From Microthyrium microscopicum (taxonomy: Eukaryota), in contig MU004239.1 in the NCBI GenBank assembly GCA_010405405.1, positions 806,001 through 870,000 of the forward strand: a DNA stretch of 64,000 nucleotides. The letters run 5' to 3'. Of the stretch, positions 39,780 to 51,869 are shown one piece after another. The notes beneath the pieces were generated by a model. It was not told the DNA's origin and did no database searches. It saw only the letters and a program-made list of their open reading frames with translations. The translations under genes were made by a program, and so were the position numbers. The first letter of the stretch is position 1. Each line of letters starts with the position of its first letter.

Positions 39780-40600
39780 GGCTACAGCTGAGCAATGAGC
39801 TGGACCGTCTTTTGTGCAGGCAAAGAGGCCTTGAAGGCGGAGCTACTTCATCGTCTTGATACTTCCTACACGCTCTTCAATCTACTCCCGCATCATGTTC
39901 TTCATGAAACAAGACCATCCGCTATTTACACCAAGCACTGCGTCCGGCAGTTGTGTTGATGGTTGACCAGAGACAATCCGGTAAGCTGGCGATTGCTTGC
40001 GCAGACGAACGCGACTTGGAGCTCATACTTCTTTTCCTCAGCACTCAGCACACTGGGCGCATGTTCACGAAGAATTGTGTCAGCCGCTGTACAATGGGTA
40101 AGTATTCCGCAGCAGACTGACGCTCTTCTTTGCAGACATTGAGTGCCTGGGATTTGTGCCTTAGCTGTGGTACCGCTTCATCCTCAAGCTCTTTGCACTA
40201 CTCGACCATCTCTTCAGTCTTTGCCATCATCATCAATTTGACCTGCCTGGCTGGTCATTGTGACCAAAGCGAGCTGGGCAAGTAGATGCTGGCGAGAGAG
40301 ACAGATAGTCTGCAGCCGCACCTTGATGCCTGCGGGTCTCCATCCCTTTACATCATACCTCCTTTGCTCTCGTCATCTTCTTTTGCTCTTCAATCTCTTT
40401 GGGGTCTTCATTTTCTTTTGCTCTTCAATCTCTTTGCAGTCTTCTTCCTCTTTGCGGTCTTCATCTTCGCTCCCTTCTGCTCATTTACGCGCTTGGTTGG
40501 TTTACCACCCATCATCCTCTTTGCACTCTTCATCCTCTTTGCTTCATCAGCACCCGCCTTTCAGATGGTCACCGTTCATCGCGCATAGATGTCGGTGACA
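39780..40600 (-). pseudogene. Possible decayed acidic/coiled-coil gene with E/D/K-rich repeats
   Basis: Minus strand reads MMAKTEEMVE*CKELEDEAVPQLR..; purine-rich imperfect repeats (CAAAGAGATTGAAGAGCAAAA twice) at ~40375-40440; stops and frameshifts. Confidence 0.3.
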
Positions 40601-42153
40601 TTAGTTGCTCAGACGTGATAGGCCAACCATCTGCAGCCGAACACTCTTTCATGCAGGCGGAAGGCAAGGTCTTTTCGTCTGCGGCTTTTGTGGGCGCTCT
40701 TCATTCTTCCCCTATACGCATCATCCAACGCGTCCCGTGCTCACTTCAACCATCAGGACTAGACCCATGTGCTGACCGAGAAATCATCTAGGGGCATTGA
40801 GATGCGTTGATGGCTCGTTGTTGGCCACAAAATGGCTGTGACTGCATCTCAGCGATGGCAGCATGGTGTTTGAGGCCGGTAGCAGGCAGTGTTTCAAGAA
40901 GGAAGAGCTTGGAAAAGGTCTAGCAGAGGCACAGAACGAGACGGGATGATCATTGAGAAGAATGAGATGATGATGGGGGCTGAATTCTATCTGATGGGAA
41001 GTGGAAAGTGTCAAGAAAGCGATTCTGTTTGCTTGAGGCCGGAGCAGCAGTTGTGGAATGTAAGCAGTTCTGGACCGAGGGCACCACACTAATGACATTC
41101 CAGGCTAGAGTCTATTTACAAAAAAGTTTTGGAAGACGCGTTCCCAAACGGTCGTCGAAAAAAACACAGGACCAGTCGATGATATCTCCAATGAATTGCT
41201 TCTGTTGGACCATTCCACGATACCGACCATGGGACGAGACGGATATGACCAGATATATCAGATATCGCCTGTCTCTGGACCTTAAGTCGCCTCAGGCCCC
41301 AACCGATACCTCGATATCAAAGATCAAAGCTTCCAAGGTTGTTTGTGGGGGAGAACCGGGCCGTGACTGCCTCCTTTTAGTCTAACACAGACCAAATCAC
41401 AGCAGTCACTGCCTTTTCTTCGACTCGCCACCAACACCTTCCACCTCCCACCACCGACACCTTCAAATCCCAAAAATCGAGGCACGAATTTTATTATTGC
41501 CTTGGTAAGAACAACTCCAAATTTGCTGGTTATTATCTCCGAATTTGCGACGAGTCCTTCCAAGGTGGCAGTGATCTGACCTCGACCATACCCACCTCAC
41601 CTCTTGTCCTCTACTTCTCTCCTTCTGTTTTGCTCTCCAATAAACTCTCTTCTTGCGTCCCGCGCTTTACTTGCTTCGTGCTTCGCTCCTTCGTCTTCTC
41701 CCTGCTGTCCTCGTTGATCCCTCGTTGTTCATCGGGATCCCCATTAGATCTCGGATCTAGGTCCTGCTAGCAAATCTTCTGGATTTTGCGCCTGGCCCAT
41801 TGTCCCATTTTGGGCTATCCCAGTATCAACAAGACACATTGCCATTCATCAGCAGCCTCATTTGCATCTGCTATTGCTCCCAAGCTACCATATGTACGCC
41901 GAATCGCCGTGGTCGACGAGACACGCCCAGCTGACCGCCGAATTATAGGGACCATTAGCACTGTTTTCGTAATCAGTAGCCTCACCCCGGCGTATTCTCC
42001 GGCATTGGGAATTTTCGGTACTCTGGGAATTTGTTAGGCGATCGCTCACGACTCATTCAACTTTCTCTCGCTTTTACTCTTAAGCACTCGCTTGATTATA
42101 TCAGCTTGTTATTGCGAAAACCCATCGTCTACCATTCGACACCACCATTGATC

Positions 42154-45100
42154 ATGGTCAATTTCGCCCAAGCCGCGGCTAATGCCTTGCGGAAGCGGTT
42201 ACCCTTGGCCGATGTAACAGATCAGAATGCTGTTGCTCAGAATCGAGACAAAGCCGCGGTCCAGTCAAAGAATCAACCAGCTCAATATAGCGCTTCAGCT
42301 AATGCAGCATCATCTTCTCAAGCATCGACACCTGCCACTCGACCCGAGACTGCTCGCGGCCTAGTTCGACAGAGCTCCTTGAATGCGTATTCATTTTCGG
42401 GACAATCCCAAGATCAGCACAGCATTAATTCACCACATCCCGTCAAGACGCGTATCGGCGACTGGACTTTGGGTGCTAGCATTAGTTCTGGCGGTACCTG
42501 CACAGTCAAGAATGTTCGCAATGTCTACACCGGACAAGATGCAGTAGCAAAGATTGTGAACAAGAAAACTGCGGAGCAGGTTCGCGCAAAAAGCCTGGCC
42601 AATTTGGCTATTCGTTTGAAGGAAGTGGGTGACATCCTATATCCATCAGATGTTGACTTGCCGATTGGTATTGAGCGAGAAGTTACCATCATGCGCGTTG
42701 TTGAGCACCCGAACATTGTTAAGCTCTATGATGTTTGGGAAAACCAAGATGAAATGTAAGTCCAGTGAATATATTGCAGAGCTGGTGCTAACAAGATTCA
42801 GCTATGTCATTATGGAAAAGATCAAAGGCTGGGAGCTGTTTCATTTTCTCCAGAACAATCCACGCCTTTCCGAACAGCTGGTGGTGTATATATTTCGCCA
42901 GATCATTGAGGGAATGCTCTACTGTCACCGGATGCAGATTTTCCATCGTGATCTGAAGCCGGAGAACATCATGATTGACTTCAACCACCAAGTCAAAGTC
43001 ATTGATTTTGGCATGGCTGCATATCAACCAAATGGCGAGATGCTGAAGACACCCTGTGGCAGCCCACACTACGCTGCGCCTGAGCTCCTTGATGGCTTTT
43101 TGTATGACGGTGAGAAAGCTGATGTTTGGAGTTTGACGGTCATTCTCTATGTTATGCTGGGAGAACGCAATGATCCTCCGTTCAACTACGTCCATATGCC
43201 TGGTTGGACCGATCTTGACAGACTCAAGTACTTGTACAGCAAAATCAAGGAATGTCGCCCGACGATACCCAATGATTGGAGCCGCGAAGCCAAACATCTA
43301 TTGAGTCGAGGATTCGTCCGGGACCCTGCTCAGCGAATAACTCTCACTGAACTGTGGCATCATCCCCTTATGCACAAGTATGATGTGACGCTTGGTCTGC
43401 AGCTTAAGCCACATATGAATGACTGGATTGGCGATTCCCCGACTATCCTGAACTGGGTTTTGCTTACTCGGGACTCAATTGATCGCAAGATACTTCGTCA
43501 TTTGATGATGCTTTGGCACGATCATCCTGAAAGCTTCATCATTCGAAAACTCCTCGACGGTCAGCTGAACCAAGAGAAGTACTTCTACGCTGCACTGAAG
43601 ATAGATTATGACCAGCAAGATGAGAGACGTGTGAAGAACCAAGAGCAGGCCCACAAGCCAGGACAACGTCTTGCTATAGCTTCCAGAAACGATTTGCACC
43701 ATGGTGGGCTACGTCCTGCTGAGCGCCCACCAGCATTACCTCTATGTCATCTACCAGTACCACTCAGTCAGCAGTGGACTCCTCCTCCAGGTCCTGTAGA
43801 GCTGGGTATTTCTGCAGAGAAATGGGAGTCATTTACGCGAAGAAAGGATCCAACTTACCAGCGTCCGGCACATCTCATGCCATCGACTGAAGTCCCCAAC
43901 GAAGGTCCAGCATATGTGCTTAACGGAGTTACCGACGTCCCACCACATCTATTGGCCGCTCCCAGTGCAAGTTCAAATGAGAAGTCAGTGGTTGATAAGG
44001 GCAAGGCGAAGGCTACTTCAAAGTCTCACCGTCGCTCCAAATCGCAGTTGTCCATATTCGGTGATGAGCATCTCACATCATCTTACAATCTGGTGCTGGA
44101 GTCCGGATCTCAGAATCCTCATGACCCAAATCGAGCTTCCCGTGAACCTACACATCCAGGTACCCATTCTTCCAGCGTTACTGCTCGTGGTGAGAGCTCT
44201 AAGAAGAATACCGGATCAGTCAACCATCCGTTATCCGCGCGCCTTGAAGCTATCAAACGTCAACCAGTCTTGCGCCCAATCTCCATGTCAAAGAGCATAT
44301 CCTTGAGTCAGCTGTCCATTGATAGTAGAGTATCCGTGTCGTCGCGACGCTCACAATTGGGTAACCGCTCGCAAATCCTTCTGGTCATGAAAAAGCCCAG
44401 TGAGCGTCACAAGAAGAATGTCAGCTTCGATCATAAGCGACGTGCTTCTGCACACTTGCTGCCTCGGTTCGCGGGTTTTGATTCTTCTACTCCAGAATTG
44501 TCGAGCGATGTTTGGGATGGTGATATTCCTTCTAGTCCTCCGATGATCTCAACGCCCGATGGAGTCGACGTCAGTTCTTTCACAAATAGGACAATCCGAA
44601 CCAAGACTATTGATATGGTGGCTCGTAAAGCCAGCAGTGAGCTTGAAAAGTTCTGTGATGATGCATTCTTCCGTTCATCTCTTAGCGATGATTCTCCTCA
44701 CTCTTCTGGCTTGGGTGTTACGAATTTCGATGGTAAGAACCTGCTGGCTTCAGTATCTACACGGTCTTCCAAAGAGCGAAAATTTGACAAAGCAATCCTG
44801 GATCGTCCGTTACCTCCAACTCCTCGTGGTAGAGAGGATTCGAGAATGACGACCGACACCATGGAGACTCCAAATGCGTACACAACTCGAACACTTGAAG
44901 AGACACGCAACCGTCTGTCAACCAAGTATGAGCGACACGGCGTAAATTCTGATGACCATTATAACGAGATTATTCGGCAGCTGGACAACCTCATTCCAAC
45001 ACAATCGTCTAAGCGACCACTGTTCCGTGCTGGGTCCGAGTTTTTGCAATCAATTGATGACTTGAACCCAATGGCCGCAATTCCAGAAGAAGAGCGTCTG

Positions 45101-46701
45101 GCAGACCTTGGCACAGTTCCTTCCTCCTCTGAGCGACTCCCACGTCAGAAAGCTCCCGTTGTTGGGCCTGAGGCCACTTTCCAAAACCAGCGGGGCGACC
45201 ACCGTAGTCACGCACACACAAATACAATTCGAGTTGTCGAGCCCTCCTCTCCTTTGCCTCCCAGCATCCCACCACTGAACATTAGAAAATCCAGTGGTGC
45301 ATCATCATCAACATCGACTGTTACGAGAAAGAAGTCTCGTCCGAGTAAGTTTTACCTCCTCTTTCTTCTGGTGTTATTTGTTTTTGTTTAAACGCGCTTT
45401 TTGCAAAGTTGAGGGTCACTGACGTGGTTGTTGCGATAGACAAGAAGACTTCACAGCAGATTAGTTCACGGGGATTTCATCGCGTTCCAGTCATGTGTAC
45501 GGCGGACGCCCCAAAGATGCTGAGACCTACTCTCATGGCAAATGGTCAATTGCCTCCTCCACCGCCAGGCCCACTGGTGACCCACAACCTCCCCGAGGGC
45601 CAGTGGGTGGCTGGACGAGGAACTCGCTTGGACGACCGAACGGAAAGCCGCGATCGTCGCAATAGAGCACAGGCTGATGAGCCTGGAATCGTGGCGAAGA
45701 TGATGAGCACATTGACTCGAAAACCTCGACCTCGTTTGGTAGTAGATGGTAAGTCTTAATCATCAAATTTCTTGTGTTTCTTACTTACCTTTATCCCAGC
45801 TCCAGGCCTCGGTGATGTTCACAATCGAAACAAACCCGAATTCATGGTCATGAAGATCGATCCGCCGAAGTTCCAAGCCAAGGAGAAGAACTTCTTTGAG
45901 TTTTTATTTGGTCGTGGTACTGTGCGAATTCCTATCTCTCGCATCGTCGCCATGAAACACGCACGTGATGTGAGCAAAGCTGCGATTCAAGACTATCTGA
46001 TCGTCAGCTCCGATGACTATGGCGATTATCGCCAAGACCCGCAGAAACCTGGTGTTTTCGGGGCAAGTCTTATGTCAGGAAACCGTAAGTACTCAAGTTT
46101 CTAACCAGAAGCATTGAAGCTAACATGCGAACTAGAATTCCGCCTTGCGCCAATGTCGTTCGTAATCGAGCTCTTCCAGATGATGGAGGGCGAACCACAA
46201 ACAGCCATTCCACTGACTGTGGTTCGTATCACTCTAACCAGCACTATCGACACGGGTTCCTTCGATGATCTGCAGACCCTTTGTGCTGCTATCGTGTCTA
46301 TCATGGAGTCTCGCGGTGTGAGCTTCGATTTTTCGAGCCGAAAAGCCAAAAAGGCGATTCGAGATGTCCAGGGCCAGACCAAGAAACGCCTTGAAACCCA
46401 GGCTATCTTTGTCGAGCGAAACCAGCCGGTCACTGAGGAGCTGTATGCTGACGATTCAGAGCGTCGTCGTGTTGAGGCTCGTCGCCTCAAAGCGGTTGAG
46501 GATGCTGTTGCTCTAGAGCGAAAATCTCGCCAAAACAGCCCAGCGGACACAATAGTTCGCCAGGAATGTCCAATCACCAAACATGGGTTTGAAGTCGACG
46601 CAGAGTGGACCACGGCCGGCGCTCAGCGTTCTCCGAAACCTGATTCTGCACAGCTTCAGCAGCCAAAGGAAGCCAACGAGACTCACAAAGCTAGTGGCTA
46701 G
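42154..46701 (+). CDS. Ser/Thr kinase, Nim1/Gin4/Hsl1-like (CAMKL) with KA1-like C-terminal region; ~1434 aa to the first stop
   Basis: VAKI, IEREVTIM, HPNIV, HRDLKPEN, DFG, TPCGSPHYAAPE; NQEKYFYAAL and SFVIELF segments resemble fungal Gin4 homologues. Exons 42154-42755, 42802-45344, 45440-45748, 45800-46084, 46136-46701 join in frame. Confidence 0.88.
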
Positions 46702-47952
46702 TCGCCAGTGGTTTTTCCAAGCTCTCAAAAAATCCCGCCTGTTGATTTGAAGCGTCTTCACTCCGAAGAGAAACGCACTGCATTCAAGGGCTTGACTCCT
46801 CAACAAATTCGCGATGCCCCAACACCACCATCCGCAGCGTCTCTGGGAGCGTCGTCCTTTGACGGCGCTGAGCACCAGATTGAAGCCTCGATGATTCGGT
46901 ATGCACCAGAGTATCCTGCTATGTCAGCTGAGCATGTTCATGAGGAGCTACAGCTCCCAAACCTCGCACCTCTGCGCCGTGCTCGACGCGCTAATCATCG
47001 CGGCGAGTACCGATCGCTCATGACTGGGCAGAGTGCTATTCGCAATGGCTCTTCTTCGTCCTCTCAAGGGCAACAACCATCACTGCGCTCTTCATCTTCT
47101 CGAGAACAGCTCTCCTCCCAGCGCCCCTCGCCTTCTCGAGGGCCGAACTCATCTCAGCAGTCCTCGACTCCTCGCGTTGCCTCTAATTTACGGTACATGA
47201 CTTCGACAGATGACCTGAATGAGACTCAACCTCGATGGGATGACGAGCGCCAATGCTGGATTGATCCGCGTCTAGCAAAACCATCTTCTATCCCGCACCC
47301 ATCTACTCGGCGTCAGTATCGTCGTGAATCACCACCCTCTCCTATTCCGCAGCCACCTGCTCGGACTCGAAGTGGTCGTCAATCGCCACCATCACCCCTC
47401 CCGCAGCCAGCTGCTCTGCTTTCGGGTTACCGTCAAATGACTACTCAGGCTCAGGTTTTCGGTCAATCAACTGCTTCCGCAACTGTAGGCTACGGTAATT
47501 TTCAGCGATCTCAAGGCTACGGTCCCCCCACCCCAGACTTGGGACAGTCCTATACTCAGCCTCAAGGCTACGGTGTATCGGCTGCGACTCCTCAAGGCTA
47601 CGGCAGACCCTATGTTACGCCTCAAGGCAATGACCCACAGGCTACCACGACCAATGCCTTCTCTTCCCATCGCCGCCGTCAGGCAACCACCACCGAGCCG
47701 CTTCCGCTATTCTCACAGCGGGCTGAGTCACCACTACCTAGCGCCCCGTATGTTCATCAGCCCCTCCTGGGTCGCGGTCGCCGTGACTCTGATGGGCCAG
47801 TAATTCCTAGCTGGCTTGAGGAACCCCGTGAAGTCCGACAATTCAGAGGAACCCTTGACATTGAAGCAGATGTCGCAGAAATGGAGCGGGAACGAAAGCG
47901 AGAAAGCGATGCTCGCCGCGCTGAGGATATCTGGGATTCCTACGAGTACTAA
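46702..47952 (+). CDS. In-frame 416-codon continuation of the kinase beyond a single TAG; disordered S/P/Q/R-rich tail
   Basis: Same frame as kinase exon 5 and open from the codon after TAG 46699-46701. Internal peptide repeats (QGYG x3, SPPSPxPQP x2). First ATG only at 46891. Confidence 0.65.
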   Translation, partial: SPVVFPSSQKIPPVDLKRLHSEEKRTAFKGLTPQQIRDAPTPPSAASLGASSFDGAEHQIEASMIRYAPEYPAMSAEHVHEELQLPNLAPLRRARRANHRGEYRSLMTGQSAIRNGSSSSSQGQQPSLRSSSSREQLSSQRPSPSRGPNSSQQSSTPRVASNLRYMTSTDDLNETQPRWDDERQCWIDPRLAKPSSIPHPSTRRQYRRESPPSPIPQPPARTRSGRQSPPSPLPQPAALLSGYRQMTTQAQVFGQSTASATVGYGNFQRSQGYGPPTPDLGQSYTQPQGYGVSAATPQGYGRPYVTPQGNDPQATTTNAFSSHRRRQATTTEPLPLFSQRAESPLPSAPYVHQPLLGRGRRDSDGPVIPSWLEEPREVRQFRGTLDIEADVAEMERERKRESDARRAEDIWDSYEY

Positions 47953-48699
47953 ACCACACAACTATTCTATTCAACGGCCTCTGTATCGAGCAAACTCCCG
48001 GTTTTGGAGTTCTAATTCATTCAGCCTTTACACGATGGCCTATCATCAACATCACTGCCCCCAATCACCCATTCATTCTTTCAATCAGGAGAACAACATG
48101 TATTAAGTGCGACACAACACCACTCAACAACTGAGCATCATCTTAACCCTTCCTGGACAGGCTATTGGCGGCCAAAATGTCCCATTGAATCACTCACGAC
48201 CCTGTACGATAACGACCTTTACGAGTTTTGACGACCACGTTTCCTCTTTTGGAAACTGTTCATGCCCATATTGGGTTACTCAAACCGTTTGCGTGTCTTG
48301 CTTTTTTGGGTCGGAGAACCTGCTTTTTGTACTATACCCCCCAGTTTTTTTGAGATTGTTTCAGTTTCCCTTTCCGGGGTTTAATAAGACTTTTTTAAGT
48401 CAATGCGATGGAAAGGGAACGGTTTTTCTTGTATATTAGGTAGTAGCTTTAGGTCAATATGTTTTTTCGGCTTCGATTTCCATTTCTCTACGTTGTGATT
48501 CCCTTGTAATGTCTTTTAAGGTGAGATTTTAGGTAGCCGTGGGGAGCTTGCTGGGTCGTTGTTTACGTGTCACTTTCGTGACGCGTGCTTCCATTTTGGG
48601 CCTATTTCGTTCATTTTCTATATAACTTTCTCATTTTACAGCGTTTAAGACGCAGAATCCGTATTTACCAGCAGATTGTATGGCAGCCAGCGACGTCGC

Positions 48700-50160
48700 T
48701 GGGCGCCATCATATGCGTACTTACTGAAGCCCAGTTTCCTCGAGGCGAAATGAGCGAGTTTTTGGATGAAAATGGAGTCTTGAAACCACTTTTTTCGAGC
48801 TCTCCGTACCTGATTTACTCGGTCCATCTTTTGTTTTGACCATATATCATTTCCCCGTTGCGGCCCTGAACGTCTTGGAGTTGTAAATATGCCCCTATTC
48901 GAGTCAGCAGCCGCGGACCGGAGTTGAGCTCACCGTCCATTGGCCAAAGCTGACGCCTTAAAACCAAGATTTTTGAACTCTCCGTATCAACTTTACCCAG
49001 TGCGCTTCTTTTTCTAGCATTCCAATTCATCCTCGTTGTGGCCCTGACCGTCGTGCTGTTGTAAATATACCCCCTATTCGAGTCAGTAGCCGCAAAGAGG
49101 AGTGCACCTCGCCGCCGATCCGCAAAAAATGGCGGTCTGAAACCAAAATTTCTGAACTCTCCGCATCAAGTTCACCCGGTGCGTTTCTTTTCCTAGCATT
49201 CAAATACGTCCTCGTTGCAGCCCTGATCGTCGCGCTGCTGTAAACACAAGCCCCTTTTAAAGGAGGGCATCGCGGCAACGGCGGCGTTTTGCTGGAGATG
49301 GGGAAATTTCAAAGTCTCCCGGCGCTCCTGGGGCTCTGCTCATGGTGCTGGGGTGCTCCAGGGCTGCGGTTTTCGACGATAGCTTGGTTGCACTGTTGCT
49401 GTGCAGGCTGGTGGTGTGTTTGTACCCCTATTGTGGCTGGTGAATGCGAAAAATGAGATAGATTGGGGTCGGATGCTGAAAATTGGGTTTGACGGATTTA
49501 GTGAGCTTTCCTAATGGCTCCAAGCTATGAGGTCTCTTGGTTTTGTGATAATGTGTTGATTGCCGTGATCTTGACTGCCTTGGTACTGTATTTGTACCCC
49601 TATTGTGGCTAACGGATGCGAAAATTGGGCGAAAATTGGGCTGGCGGCAAAAAATCGACTTGCGCAGCTTTGGTGAGCTCCTCTGATGCCGCTGGATGTT
49701 TTGTTTCCCCAGATTTGTGATGATGTGCTGTTTGCCATGTTCGTGACCGTCCTAGTGCTGTGTTTGTACCCCTATTATGGCTGGCGATTGCAAGAAATAG
49801 GCAAAATTGGGCCTAGGGGCAGAAAAGCGACTTGGATGGCATTAATCAGCCGCCGGTAAAGTCCCTGAGCCCCTCAAGTGCTTTGGCTTTTCATAACGGG
49901 TTGCTTGCCATGTTGCTGCGCGTCGCATGCCGTGTACTTGCCCCTATTATGCTCAGCGCTCCGCAGAATTACGAGCAACTCTCTTCTGACCTCGAAAATT
50001 GGCCTGACAGAACTTCGGAATTTTGTGAGAGGCTGTGAGTTGTTGCCCTGAAAATCGCCGCAGTTTATTGCGTATAATAACAATGGTCATTGTCGTGTTG
50101 ATTGTATCCCCCTATTCGTGTCAGCGTTGGTAAATATTGGAAAAAATGCCGAAGAAATTG
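48700..50160. repeat. Degenerate tandem array of ~8 units of 168-180 bp
   Basis: CCCCTATT anchor at 48892, 49071, 49251 (CCCCTTTT), 49425, 49597, 49769, 49941, 50109; neighbouring units align along their length. Confidence 0.85.
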
Positions 50161-50864
50161 GCGGCAAATCGAGCGCCGGTGATAGTGGGGCACGCGAGAT
50201 ATTTGAAAAATATGGCAAGCAATATTTAATGCTATTTGCATTATGGCAATAAGATAATATGCGTGCGTGGAAGGAATAGGGGCGGATCGATGGGCGGCTG
50301 GAGGCTGAGATGAGATGTGCTTACCGGTATGCTGCAGTAGCTCAACAACAAGTGGAACAACGACCCTGCCTGAATTCTCTGGAGAGCTTCTTTGCTTGAA
50401 AGCCTCTCTGTTTGCTTAATTGATGCAAGTTGGCGTGATTGGACAGAAGTATGTGTGCTTTGTTCTTTGTGCTGGGCGAGCATCAAAATTCCATTGTGAG
50501 TCCACATGTTGTGCTTTCGCTCAAAAGACCTTTGTTTCATTGTTCTTGAGATATAAAGCAAATACTTTCTGGAAGGACGAGTTAGTATATCAATCTCTCA
50601 AAAATGTAGAAAATAGTAGGCTTGGATTCACATACCGTCGTTATGATGAGGCAAGCATGCGGAAAAGGAAATTAGCAAATGTTTGTAATAAGGATTGAAC
50701 TCCTAAGCAGCTGCAAGCTAGTCCTCTGCTTTGCTCTCTGGTATAGTTAAATTGTAAACCGAGTATGGCGGATCTGGAGGAGGGTAGTCGGGGAGGTAGG
50801 ATCTCGTGGAAACGGCGAAGGGAAGGTACGATAATTAAAAACCCTAAAATCAGTCATAAGTTAT

Positions 50865-51410
50865 CCAGCTCTTTCCCCTCAGCCATTCCTTTCCTCCACA
50901 TCTGCCATTGTAAATTATGAGTTCGGTTCGGTCGGTAAGGGGTACGAAATCGAAGGTATGCGGAGTATAGGAGCGGTATTGTGGACAAATAGGGAGGAAC
51001 GTATGAAAATGCTAAAGGGACGTATGAAAATTCTGGCCGCAAGTTAAATGATTCCACAACATGTAACACTTTAAATCATACCTTTTCTTACCATTCAGTT
51101 TCTACTTTGATGATAGAAGACTTAATCCGTAAGGACGCCGTTGCGAGTGTACGTGGACTGTGCGGATAAGTAATAAGGGAAAAGCACTATTTGTGAGTTA
51201 GTTTTCCTCCTCTTTTGCTCCCCATCCTTTCCTCCTCTTCTGCCATTGTAGATTATGAATTGTGTATGAGTTCGAGGGTAAGGTCCGCGCGGAAGGGTAA
51301 GGTTTGAGAGAAGGATATCGTGACTATATGTGTGGTTATCTCCTCCTTTTTTGCTCCCCGTCCTTTCCTCCTATCAGCTGCCATTGTAAATTATAATTCG
51401 GTTTGGGAAG
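50865..51410. repeat. Three direct copies of a ~50-60 bp motif (TCCTTTCCTCC..CTGCCATTGTARATTAT)
   Basis: CTGCCATTGTA at 50902, 51240 and 51378, each preceded by a pyrimidine tract. Confidence 0.75.
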
Positions 51411-51869
51411 TAAGGCACATGCGTGCGAGGTAGGAAAACGTGGAATGTAGGGATTCGCCGTAAGAAAAACGTGGGAAGATGCGCAATGGAAGGAAAACGT
51501 GGAGCGTATGGAAGGCTCAAGGGTAGCGCCCCAACGCGATATAAAACGTGGAAAGAAAACTTATGCGGTTCAACTACAATGTAGTCAGATTCTGGCCTTA
51601 GGAAGTGGCAGCGCCAGTGCCAACCTGCAAGTTCACAGCTCTTGTTTGTCGATAACAAACAGGCTTAATGTACCGAGCTATATTCTTACCTGATACCGGT
51701 TTTTAAGCTGATTCTGAAGCTGTTAATGGAAAAAGAGTTTGCGCATGAAGTCCGTATGACGAAGTTCCCAGCCGCCAGGCTTTAGAGCAAGTGCTTAGGA
51801 GCTGGAAGCATTGTACTCGAGCGAATGAAGCCATCTCGAGCACAAGTGTCGGAGGCTATAGTCTGTAAA

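Noticed and set aside
48700..50160. CRISPR-like reading of the CCCCTATT array
   Set aside because: Eukaryotic context, no cas genes, core only ~8-14 bp, and the intervening sequences are homologous to each other rather than unique spacers.
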